Shown one piece after another: positions 26,050 through 37,570 of a DNA stretch of 64,000 bases; the stretch's first letter is position 1; every line of letters begins with the position of its first letter. The position numbers and the translations under genes were made by a program. Source of the DNA: Octopus bimaculoides (Eukaryota); the NCBI RefSeq assembly GCF_001194135.2, contig NC_068988.1:42986899-43050898 (forward strand), written 5' to 3'. A model generated the notes under the pieces. It did no database searches and had not been told where the DNA came from. It saw only the letters and a program-made list of their open reading frames with translations.

Positions 26050-26565
26050 AATCCTTTCTACTGGAAGCACAATGCCTCAAATTTGGGTGAAGGGATTAAG
26101 TCGATTACATCGACCCCAGTGGGTAACTGGTACTTATTTCATCGTCTCCGAAAGGATGAAAGCAAAATCGACTTCGGTGGAATTTGAACTCAGAAGGTAA
26201 CAGCAGAAGAAATACTGCTTAGCATTTCGTCAAGCGCGCTAACGATTCTACCAGCACGCCACCTTAATAATAATAATAGTAATGATAATAATAATAATTA
26301 ATTCGTTTTAATAATAATAATAATAATAATGATGATGATGATGATGATGATGATGTCAATTCTTTCCACTAAAGGCATAAGGCGTGAAATTTTGGGGGAG
26401 GAGACTAGTCGACTACATCGACCCCAGTGTTTCCCTGGTACTTATCTTGTCGACTCTGAAAAGGTGAAAGGCAAAGTCGAATTTAAACTCAGAGCATAAC
26501 GACGGCACGAAATGCCGCTAAGCATTTCGCCCGGCGTGCTAATAACTTTGTCAGCTCACCGCCTT
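26050..26565 (-). mobile_element. Two tandem SINE family B copies in (AAT)n/(GAT)n
   Basis: Reverse complements of family B at about 26050-26268 and 26358-26565. Confidence 0.85.
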
Positions 26566-26569
26566 GATG

Positions 26570-26600
<31 letters not shown>

Positions 26601-26603
<3 letters not shown>

Positions 26604-27052
26604 TTGTCCCAATCGATATAAACGTATCTGTCAAGACCTACCAAAAACTGAGCAAATATAAAGATCTTGAAATAGAAATTAGAAAAATGTGGAATCTGAA
26701 GACGAAAACAATACCTATTGTCATAGGTGCCCTGGGAATGACAGCGAAACGGGCTGATTACTACCTAGCTCAGATACCAGGAAACCCCAAAATGGCTGAA
26801 GTTCAAAAGATAGTGTTCATGGGAACTGCCCATATCCTACGTAAAATACTGTCTATGTGATCTCAAATTTTAAAGCAAACACATAATTTTCTTATGGTTT
26901 CTTAAACATTCACTTGAACAAAACTGTACAAATCCAAATATATGGTACCCTAGGCATAACACCTACATGAACTTCTAACTTGTTGTCTCTTGAGGTCTCT
27001 GGGTGAGACTTGGATCCAACTTGTACAAATGCAAAACAAAAGTCAAACATAA

Positions 27053-27053
<1 letters not shown>
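26601..27053 (+). mobile_element. 5'-truncated R4/Dong-like non-LTR retrotransposon (RLE C-terminus plus 3' UTR) inside (TAA)n
   Basis: Open frame PIDINVSVKTYQKLSKYKDLEIEIRKMWNLKTKTIPIVIGALG...VQKIVFMGTAHILRKILSM* (stop at 26860), then a 3' UTR of about 190 bp. (AAT)n flanks both sides. Confidence 0.85.
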
Positions 27054-27094
<41 letters not shown>

Positions 27095-27465
27095 CCGTTC
27101 TTATTATAGGCACATGGCCTGAAATTTGGTGGGGTGGGGCTGCTAGTCGATTACATCGGCCCCAATGTTCAACTGTACTTACTTCATCGACTTTGGGCGG
27201 AATTGGAACTCGGAGTGTAAACAATCGGAAGAAATAACTTGATGTATTTTGTCCGACACTCTAACGATTTTGCTAGCATGCCACCATCAAATGGACTCCG
27301 ATTTTGGCACAATGCCAGCATTTCTGAGAGAGCATGGTTAGTCGATACCATCAGTCTCCAGTACCTCTTTCGCATCTTTGCTTTACTGATCAGGAGGGAA
27401 GGATGAAAGGTGAAAACTGACTTCGGTGATATTTGAACTCAGAATGTAACACTCAGACAATTATG
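27095..27465 (-). mobile_element. Two SINE family B copies (second eroded)
   Basis: ggcacatggcctgaaatttgg..gtcgattacatcg..ggaattggaactc; the second copy has ggatgaaaggtgaaaactgacttcgg..tttgaactcagaa. Confidence 0.75.
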
Positions 27466-27474
27466 CCAGCTTAC

Positions 27475-27708
27475 AATCATCATCATCATCATCCTCATCA
27501 TCGTGATCATCATCATTGTGATCATCGTCGTCATCGTCACCATAATCATCATTATCAACAGCACCAACACCATTACTATGACCACAAACCACCATCATCA
27601 TCGTTATCTTCATCATCGCCATCACCATCAACATCATCATCATCATTGTCGTCGTCGTCGTCATCATCATCATCATCGTCACCCTTATCATTATCATCAT
27701 CATCACCG

Positions 27709-27766
<58 letters not shown>

Positions 27767-27845
27767 TATCGCCATCATTATAACCATCATATTCGAAGCC
27801 ATCATCATTACTCTCATCATCGCACACATATCCAACGCCATCATC
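27475..27845. repeat. Degenerate (CAT)n array
   Basis: Seen directly; source of the poly-H/S/M/D ORFs. Confidence 0.95.
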
Positions 27846-30001
27846 ATACTCAACAGCATTATATCTTTCTTATTCTTTATTCCTTTTTCAACGACTTTGA
27901 CATGTAAAAATGAAAAAAAATATTTTCACCGTATTAAAATCTAATATCCTTCCTCTCAGCAAGAAATTATACTTGCGTATTTAATTCTTCGTAAATCAGA
28001 TCCATGAACTTTGGACTGCTGCAGAGGTTCTACATGAGATGAAACCTTCGTACAATATCAAACCAATGTCAACCTTATTTGCTAAGAACCAACTTCAGTC
28101 TATCGTCCGAAATGGAACTCGAACTATGAAACCATTGGACGGCGTATGGACACAGATACAAGTCGACCAGATATGGCTCACCAGATACAATAGCATAACA
28201 TCAAATCAATAACGATAATATTTGCAAAGTAGTAATTTCAGTCTACTTTCAGTTGTCTTTGTTTTCCCATTATAGAGTCAAATGGTAATTTATTATGCTT
28301 TTAACAAAAGTTGGCTTAGCAACGAAAAACAACTCCCCGCCTCTAACTACTCTTCTCAATAAACGATTGTTAGTTGAAAGAGCCATTATATCATCATTAT
28401 TGACTGACCGTTATATCATTATTGACGTCATAGCTTTATGGCACCAATAGCTTGCAGTAGAGAAGAGGGAACAATAAATAAACCGAGAAGAAAATATATT
28501 AAAAAAATAAATTAATCTAAAGCATTATCAGCATCAATAGGAGAATGACAAGTAAAACCAACTATAACAATAATGAAAATAACATGAACAACTATAACAA
28601 TAATAAAAATTCATGTATTTCCGCTGCTTCAACGATATGTCAATAATTGAGACGCACACAACCCGCAGACATTTTTAAGCACACTAAATTATTACCGGAA
28701 GAGAGCTTGACGCTCTCTAACTCTGAAATAAAAATAACAAAATACATCGTTAAAATTTAGAGCTAAAAATGAAAATAAAAGCTTGATGATTAATTGTTTT
28801 GTTCTCATTTTACAGCTGGTTTCACGTTTTCAATTAACCTTCCTGTCAATAATTATGGATCACTAATTAACAATCGAGAGCTATTGATGACCAGTGTGGT
28901 ATAGTTCAGGGATAACAACCGAAACTTCAACAATTCTCATCTTGTCACGGGCACCGCGTTGTCTCCGTAACGGTGGCACACAGCAGCTCTCAAAAAATCT
29001 CCGACCACTGAGATATAAATACATATTACATCATAGTACAGAACCGTAGCTGCAAATAACGATCGTATTAAAAATTGACAAGTAGTTCGTTGTTTGGTAA
29101 TGCTGTAAATATATATGTATCTTCACGACTTTGAGGGGCTTCTAATAACTGGTGTGCAGTTCTACTTTTGGATCGTGGTGGATGCTAGGTTTATCTCCTC
29201 GTAGATAAATATAGATTCTATGCAAATTAATATTCTCATCATATCAAGACACTATTTCCTACAGCTAGCTGAACGTAAACATTGTAGTATTATATGTATT
29301 AATCAAATACACGAGGGGACGACTGCAATAGATATCAAATAACGACCTATCCAATTAGCTATTTCGTTTCCATCATAAATGCTGTTCTGGTTCGAAGAGA
29401 GGATTAGATGGGTGTTTCGTTTGCAAGACCTCACAAACCCTGTTAAACACACAAGTTCTACAGAATCAACAATATAAGATATTAAGACAGGTCCATACCT
29501 CATGGTATTTATCAAATGGTACAGAAATTGTAATTATTGCAGTTCAGAGAACAGAGACAAATTTCGCAACCCAGGAATGATACTAAGATTTGTTCATGGT
29601 TAAGTCACTAAACTCGAGCTTACTCATCATATCAAATTATGAATAGACTACCTACACATCTATGAATGGTTAACTTTTGCAAAGAGTGGGAGCAATGTAT
29701 CTTTAACGTGTGTTTCCTAATTTTACGGTTGAGAGTTTTTTTTTTTCATAAGGACTTCGAGATAATACAGAAAGTATAAACGTATAAATATATAAATATA
29801 TAAATGTAAAGCAAAAGTTCTTTAATTCATGAATTTCACACAGCGAAAATGTATAAAACAGATATAAATACAAAAATATACCCTTCTAAAATGTGTGTAG
29901 GTTTATACGTGTGCATGTGTGTGTACGCACGTACGCACACACTAATATCACAGGATACAGCAAAAACTAAAACTAGAAATTTTAATCCCAAACGGTTCAT
30001 C

Positions 30002-30345
30002 GGGCATGGCTGTGTGGTAAGAAGCTTGCTTCCCAACCACATGGTTCCAGATTCAGTCTCACTGCATGACACTTTGGACACGTGTCTTTTACTATAGCAT
30101 TGGGTCGACCAATTTGATAGACGGAAACTGAAAGAATCTCGTTGTGTGTGTGTGTGTGTGTATATCTGTCCCCCACAACCACTTAACAACCAGTGTTGAT
30201 GGGTTCACATCCCTGTAACTTAGCGGTTCGGCAAAAATTACCGATAAAATAAGTACTAGGATCGATTTGTTCGACAAATATCTTTCATGGCGATGCCCCA
30301 GCATGGCCGCAGTCAAATGACTGAAACAAGAAAAAGAATAAAAGA
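30002..30345 (+). mobile_element. SINE family A
   Basis: Head, core, internal (TG)n and 3' half are all present. Confidence 0.85.
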
Positions 30346-30394
30346 TAGGAAAAAAACGGTGATTGTGTTGGGTAAGAGCCATGACACTACTATA

Positions 30395-30760
30395 TTAATC
30401 TTGTCTACTATGGGCACAAGGCCTGAAATTTTGGGGGATGGGAAAAGTCGATCATATCGACCTCAGCAGAATTTGAATTCAGGGAGTAAAGACGGACGAA
30501 ACGCCGCTAAGTATATTTCCCGGCGTGCTAACGTTTCGGCCAGATCGCCATCTTCGCACTGGCTTCACGTTTTGGTCCAAGGCCAGCAAGTCTAGGGGAG
30601 GGATTAAGTCGATTACATCAACCCCAGTGATCAACTGGCAATTATTTTATCGACTCCAAAAGGATGAAAGGCAAAGCGGGATTCGGCAGAATTTGAATTC
30701 AGAGCGCAAAGACGGATGAAGTACCACTGCTACCGATTCTGCCAACTCGCCGCCTTGATA
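30395..30760 (-). mobile_element. Two tandem SINE family B copies
   Basis: Reverse-complement B motifs (gggcacaaggcctgaaatttt; aaggatgaaaggcaaag..gaatttgaattcagagc..tgccaactcgccgcctt). Confidence 0.8.
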
Positions 30761-31010
30761 CACTACAATATAATGATAAATACTACTGCTTTGGACGGAA
30801 TTTGTAACTTGAGTGCTTTTCAACTGGCTTTGAATTTTCTGTTATCGATTGCTGTTATCTCTTTTTTTCTCCTAGACCTTTAAAACATCTGATATCACAA
30901 TAGAAACTCGTGTTTCATTTACTCACCGTGTACATCAACGTGAGTAGCTGCACGTTCGCTGTTGCTTTATTTTTTTACTTCCTCTTGCTGTATTCTCTAT
31001 TATTACACAC

Positions 31011-31458
31011 GCACCAGGTGTGCCTGTGTGGTAAGACATTTGCTTCCCAAACACATAGTTCTGGTTTCAATACCATAGCCACAGCGTGGTATCTTGGCTA
31101 AGTGTCATTTACTCTAGCCTCGGGCCAACCAAAAACCTTGTGAGTGGATTTGGTACACGGAAACTGAGAGCCGCGTTGTATACAGGTATATGTATACACT
31201 TATGCATGTATGTATATATGTATGATTGCATGTATGTATGTGCGTCTTTGAGTCTGTCTCTGTACTCCACCACCGCTTGACAACCTGTGTTGCTGTGTTT
31301 ACGTCCCCGTAACTTAACGTTTCGGCAAAAGAGACCGACAGAATAAGTACCAGGCTTAAAAAATGTATTGGAATTGATTCGTTCGACTAAAATTCTTCAA
31401 GGCGGTGTCCCAGCGTGACTGTAATCTAATGACTGAAATAATTAGAAAGGTAAAAAGA
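31011..31458 (+). mobile_element. SINE family A
   Basis: Colinear with 6812-7208. Confidence 0.85.
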
Positions 31459-31464
31459 TTATAT

Positions 31465-31718
31465 ATTGTTCGAATGGCAGATGAACGCATGCCGAAACAG
31501 CTGTTTTATGGTGAGCTTGCAGAGGGGAAACGTTATCGGCATAAACCTAAAAAAAGGTTTAAGGATGGCATAAGGACTGCTATGAAGTCAATTGGAATGG
31601 CCCCAAAAGATATAGAAGTCCTCGCTTCAGATCGAGTTGGATGGCGAACAAGGGTGTGGAGTGGAGTGAAAGCATTTGAAGAGGCCAGGATGATGCAAGC
31701 AGGGCTCAAGAGACATTT
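31465..31718 (+). mobile_element. RTE-like LINE 3' ORF fragment
   Basis: IVRMADERMPKQLFYGELAEGKRYRHKPKKRFKDGIRTAMKSIGMAPKDIEVLASDRVGWRTRVWSGVKAFEEAR is a typical RTE (BovB-type) ORF C-terminus. It is uninterrupted up to the gap. Confidence 0.9.
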
Positions 31719-32351
31719 NNNNNNNNNNNNNNNNNNNNNNNNNNNNNNNNNNNNNNNNNNNNNNNNNNNNNNNNNNNNNNNNNNNNNNNNNNNNNNNNNN
31801 NNNNNNNNNNNNNNNNNNNNNNNNNNNNNNNNNNNNNNNNNNNNNNNNNNNNNNNNNNNNNNNNNNNNNNNNNNNNNNNNNNNNNNNNNNNNNNNNNNNN
31901 NNNNNNNNNNNNNNNNNNNNNNNNNNNNNNNNNNNNNNNNNNNNNNNNNNNNNNNNNNNNNNNNNNNNNNNNNNNNNNNNNNNNNNNNNNNNNNNNNNNN
32001 NNNNNNNNNNNNNNNNNNNNNNNNNNNNNNNNNNNNNNNNNNNNNNNNNNNNNNNNNNNNNNNNNNNNNNNNNNNNNNNNNNNNNNNNNNNNNNNNNNNN
32101 NNNNNNNNNNNNNNNNNNNNNNNNNNNNNNNNNNNNNNNNNNNNNNNNNNNNNNNNNNNNNNNNNNNNNNNNNNNNNNNNNNNNNNNNNNNNNNNNNNNN
32201 NNNNNNNNNNNNNNNNNNNNNNNNNNNNNNNNNNNNNNNNNNNNNNNNNNNNNNNNNNNNNNNNNNNNNNNNNNNNNNNNNNNNNNNNNNNNNNNNNNNN
32301 NNNNNNNNNNNNNNNNNNNNNNNNNNNNNNNNNNNNNNNNNNNNNNNNNNN

Positions 32352-32384
<33 letters not shown>

Positions 32385-32519
32385 CGTGCGTGTGTGTGTA
32401 TGTATGTATAGATTGTTTGAAGTGGTGTACAAATTTTATAGATTAAGTAAAAGAAGGCAGTCAGGATTTGGATAAAAAGTATTTACTTGGCTCTTTCGTC
32501 CCTTTCAGGGATTTGTCGA

Positions 32520-33060
32520 ATATATATATATATTGTATAATAACTGTATATAATATATATCATAATGATATTTGTTGTCCGATTTGAAGCGACAATTTTT
32601 AAATATGAACAAATGATTGAAAATGATGAGCTAACCCGAAGGGCTTTGCGAGTTACGGAGAGGAAGCTACTATGGAAGGCTCATAGTATAATAACTGTAT
32701 ATAATATATATATATATATATAACAATGATATTTATTCTCCGGTTTTGTTTATAAAAATATTATTTATCTAGTATCAAGACAGTTTAAGTATATATTAAC
32801 TAAGTTTCACTGGGTGAGCGTTTGGCAAATCAGATTCGCAAGGAGCCATGAAAGCGTCGATTTGTGAGTTCGATTCTATCTGAGGTTAGCTCATTATTTT
32901 TCAGTCATTTGTTTATATTTAAAAATTGTCGCTTCAAGTCGGAGAATAAATATCATTATGATATATATTATATACAGTTATCATAGTATAAGCCTTCCAT
33001 AGTAGCTTTCTCTCCGTAACTCGCAAAGCCTTTCGGGTTTGTTTATAAAAATATTATTAA
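32520..33060. repeat. Complex inverted repeat (about 155-bp unit in opposite orientations)
   Basis: 32536-32636 is the inverse of about 32884-32982; 32635-32690 is the inverse of about 32985-33037. Confidence 0.9.
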
Positions 33061-34417
33061 AAGGTTATCATTTTTTCTCTCATTAAAGTTAATAAGTTAA
33101 AGTTTTTCTCGAGCCTACAGACTCATTAGAACAGAACTTATACTGGTTTCTGTAGTGTTGAGCGAGCGAGTGAGTATAAAAAAGATCCTGCTGAATGTGA
33201 CAAATAACAAATAAAAATCATAGCTCAATGTTAAAAGAGAAATGCATTTTGTGAATTCGATGTACAAGACGTATAACAAAGAAGAGAGAAAAATTCGATA
33301 CCGCTACAAACAAATAAACCGGTATTCGACAGGAATGAGGACAATCTAAATAATTAAAGGTCCTGAATTAATTTCTCAAATTTGGAGATAAAACCGAAAA
33401 GGTACAAACAGGTACAAGAGAAATACGTTTCTAAACCGTATGCATATTTTACATTTATTCCCTAAAACGAAATTGCATCAATATCATCGTATAAATTTTG
33501 GAAAGAAAATACCCTTCGTTTAAAAGTAACTTTATATTCCAACAGCCTTGCTAATTTAAGAAGATATATCATGATATTTCTATGCTTGATATAATATAAG
33601 GATATCAGGCATGGAAATATAAACTCATATGAAAATACCCAATGAAATTATAAAAAACAAAAATAAAACGGTTACAACAAAAGACATTGAGAAAGCAAAC
33701 CTGGAATATTGGTTTAATACATTTAACATAAACAATATAACAAAACACAGCTGCAAACCCCAGAAAACTTGCATAATACTTACTAGCATAAACTGAACCA
33801 GAGCCACACAAACAAAAATATGAGCAAAAGGTAATTACGAAAAAGTCATTTAAGAGTGGAAGATATAAAAAAATGGAAATTCTAAATACTGAAAGAGTTA
33901 AAGAAATGAAATCGATAGATCATCATATGGAGCAACAAAAGTACCTCCAAAGTATTAAATTTAACAACAAAATAGTTATAACAATTATGACAAAAAGGCT
34001 CACCCGGTCATTGTGGACTAAATGAAAATCAACTAAAATATCAATAACACTAGGATATGTCCGACAATATATGTAGAAGCCATTTTAGTCACAAAGGAAA
34101 GTGGATACTTACTTAGACTGACTGATATAAGGACAACAAAAATCCAAAAAAAAAAAGAAAAAAAACGCAGAAAAACAGATACACCGAAGATGAGAGATGA
34201 TGATGATGATGACTATTTTTTTTCCATAAGTCTCTGGGAGGATGAAAAGCGAATCCAAACTCATTTTATTCCATCTATTTACCTTCACATGTTTTATAAC
34301 ACTTTGTATATGTATTTTTATGTATCAATGAATGAGTCGTAGTGGCGAGGCAAAATAAATGAAGAATTATTATTATGGTCAATCAAAAGGTGGCGAGATA
34401 CCAAAATTATTAGCAAA

Positions 34418-34867
34418 GGCGCAGGAGTGGCTGCGTGGTTAGTAGCTTGCTTACCAACCACATGGTTCCGGGTTCAGTTCCACTACCTGGCATCTAGGGC
34501 AAGTGTCTTCTACCGTAGTCTCGAACCAACCAAAGCCTTGTGAGTGTATTTGGTAGACGGAAACTGAAAGAAGCACGTCGTATATATANNNNNNNNNNNN
34601 NNNNNNNNNNNNNNNNNNNNNNNNNNNNNNNNNNNNNNNNNNNATATATATATATATATACATGTTTATTTGTCTGTGCTTGTCCCTGCCCCCACCATCG
34701 CTCGAAAACCGATGCTGGTATGTTTACGTCCCTGTAACTTAGCGGTTCAGAAAAGACCCCGATATGATACGTACTAGATTTACAAAGCATAACTTCTGGG
34801 GTCGATTTATTCGGCTAAAGGTGGTGCTCTAGCATGGCCATAGTCAAATAAAAGAGTAAAAGAGTAA
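34418..34867 (+). mobile_element. SINE family A inserted into a SINE-B head
   Basis: Full A with a gap in its internal microsatellite; B head at 34387-34416 and B remainder at 34868-34965. Confidence 0.8.
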
Positions 34868-34969
34868 GCCGGACAAAATAAGTAACAGTTGAACATTAGG
34901 TCGATGTAATCGACTTATCTCCTCCGCCGAAAATGCCGGCCTTGTGCCAAAATTTGCAATCACTGTTAC

Positions 34970-35390
34970 TAAGGCAGCAAGGGAGACGACTGGGCAGAAC
35001 GCCGGGTAAAATGCTTAGTAGTATTTCGTCCATCTTTACATTCTGAGCACAAATTGCGCCTAGGTCGACCTTGCTTTTCATCCGTTCGGGGTTGATAAAA
35101 TAAGTGTCAATTGAATACTAGGGTCGATATAATCGACTGATCCCCTCTCCGAAATTGCTGATCTTATGCCTAAATTTGAAACCTTAATTATTAAGGCGCT
35201 AAGCTGGCAGAATCGTTATCACGCTGGACAAAATTACTCAGCGGCATTTCGTCTTACTTTAAGTTTTGCGTTCAAATTCCACTGAGGTCGACTTTACTTT
35301 TCTCCCCTTTGGGATTGATAACTATTGGGGTCAATGTAATCAACTTGTCCGTCCCATCAAAATCGCTGCTCTTACGGCAAAATTATAAAA
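34970..35390 (+). mobile_element. Two tandem SINE family B copies
   Basis: Heads at about 34970 and 35190; central domain and 3' ends are present. Confidence 0.85.
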
Positions 35391-35844
35391 AAATATTTGT
35401 CACCGAATATGTTTGATCTTACTTTGACGTTTTGCAATGTACCATGCCTTAAATATTTTCTCCGGACTATTTTACTCCACAAAACATTTTTAGTGTATTA
35501 TTTCATTGTCACCTTTCTGCGAATGGAACGCGCTGTCGGAGATGTCTGTCAAATCACACAACACGATAACAAGAACCACACCTCATTTTATTCTCTGTAC
35601 CCTATACTTGCAGCAAAGGATATTTTGAAGCTAAAATGTTAACGACCATGCGAACGATATTCAAACTGACATCAAACGAAAACAATATATATTTATTGTT
35701 TCTATATTGAAACAATACACGGCGACGTTTCCAGGTAATACGTGCTTTTATTTCTCAAATAATACACACGTGTTATATGAGTTTATGTATGAATATGCTA
35801 CCATATATGTGCGTGTAAGTGCGTAACGTACGCTTGTACGCTCT

Positions 35845-35898
<54 letters not shown>

Positions 35899-35966
35899 CG
35901 TGCGTGCGTGTGTGTGTGTATGCATGTAAGTATCGATACATTCATAACCATATACATACGAATATA

Positions 35967-36021
<55 letters not shown>

Positions 36022-36160
36022 GTATATGTATATGTATATATATATATGCATTCATGAGCATATGTATATACATACATACATATTATATATATGTATATAT
36101 ACATATATTTGTATTCATGAGCATATATACACATACATATATATATGTATATATATATGC

Positions 36161-36212
<52 letters not shown>

Positions 36213-36606
36213 ATATATATATATATTATTTTATTCTTTTATGTGCGTAGGCGCCCATAAGTGTCGTGTATGTATATATATGGAAACATCTAGCAATGTG
36301 TATGTGCGTATTAATTAGTGCGTTTATATCTGCATAGATGTGCGTTTATCTATCCAGGTCTGTGTATTTGGGTGTGCATTTGTATGTGCGTACGTGTGTG
36401 TGTGTGTGTGTGTGTATGCTCGATTGTGACATGAAGCATTGTGTGCGCGTGTTTATATAAGTGTATTCATACAAATGGTTTGATGCATCGTCCTATTCCG
36501 TGTTCTATAACAAAATAGATTGGTTAAAAGCTGGAAAGAGACAAATGACACGAAGTGGGGATACAAATGAGAGAAAATACGACAAACAACCAGATGAAGG
36601 GTGGTA

Positions 36607-36645
<39 letters not shown>

Positions 36646-36647
<2 letters not shown>

Positions 36648-36685
36648 TAGCAGAGATACCCTGCGTTGCTTGGGTTAAAATAACA
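36646..36685. mobile_element. Helitron-like terminal motif
   Basis: ACTAGCAGAGATACCCTGCGTTGCTTGGG resembles the CTAG plus CCCG.CGTTGC.CGGG hairpin end of non-autonomous Helitron-like elements; truncated by a gap. Confidence 0.45.
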
Positions 36686-36816
36686 NNNNNNNNNNNNNNN
36701 NNNNNNNNNNNNNNNNNNNNNNNNNNNNNNNNNNNNNNNNNNNNNNNNNNNNNNNNNNNNNNNNNNNNNNNNNNNNNNNNNNNNNNNNNNNNNNNNNNNN
36801 NNNNNNNNNNNNNNNN

Positions 36817-36844
<28 letters not shown>

Positions 36845-36847
<3 letters not shown>

Positions 36848-37060
36848 GAGAATTTACGAAAAAAACAACAGACGAACACAGGTGGTGTAAACAACAAATG
36901 GATGTATTAGTTTAACGCTCGAGAATAGAGAAAGTCTTTGACGTTTCGAGCCTACGCTCTTCAACTGAAAGTAACACGGAAAGAAACAAGGAGAGAAACA
37001 AGGAGAAAGAAATATAAATGTAGTGGTCAGCGATCTAGCATGGCGAATGCCGGACAGAGT
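36845..37060 (-). mobile_element. Short element carrying a hammerhead-like motif (possible Penelope-derived terminal repeat)
   Basis: The minus strand contains CTTT-CAGTTGA-A-GAGC-gtag-GCTC-GAAAC-GTC-AAAG; element boundaries are uncertain. Confidence 0.4.
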
Positions 37061-37327
37061 TATGATGAAACAGGTGATACGGAAAAGTGCAGCATTGAGG
37101 ACAAAACATTTGTGGAGCAAATTTTAATGCTTTTCAGAAACGACAAGTTTAGTTTAGTACACCAATTTGGACAGAATTATAATTTTTATAAGAATGGGAT
37201 GCATCATATCTGAAACATCTCCAGGAGTTGTGAAGAACGAATTTGCACGTGGTCCGTTTCTAAGAACTATTCTATTGGACCTCTGTGTAATCTGGCGTGC
37301 TAAACGTTGTTTTAATGATTCAGCATT

Positions 37328-37570
37328 GAGTGCTACAGTATGCCTCTGCTAATCTTGGGAAAGTCTCATCTCTCTTCTCTTTTGAGACTCCATCCGATAT
37401 GCTACAGCATGCCTTTGCTGATTTTGAGAAAGTCTCACCTCCTTTCTCTCTTGAGACTCCATACTACGTGCTGCAGCATGCCTTTGCTAATCTTCGGAAA
37501 GTCTCATCTCTCTCCTCTCTTGAGAAAGTCTCATGTCCCTTCTCATGTCCCTTCTCTCTCTTGAAACTCA
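37328..37570. repeat. Minisatellite, unit of about 78 bp, about 3 copies
   Basis: Repeating GCTACAGCATGCCTTTGCTAATCTT..GAAAGTCTCATCTC..TTGAGACTCCAT. Confidence 0.85.

Noticed and set aside
27433-27907. His/Ser/Asp/Met-rich ORFs as real low-complexity proteins
   Set aside because: A degenerate (CAT)n array open in all frames, with no splice or domain context.
33560-34130. A-rich stretch possibly an old LINE ORF
   Set aside because: Only short broken frames with no motif I can defend.
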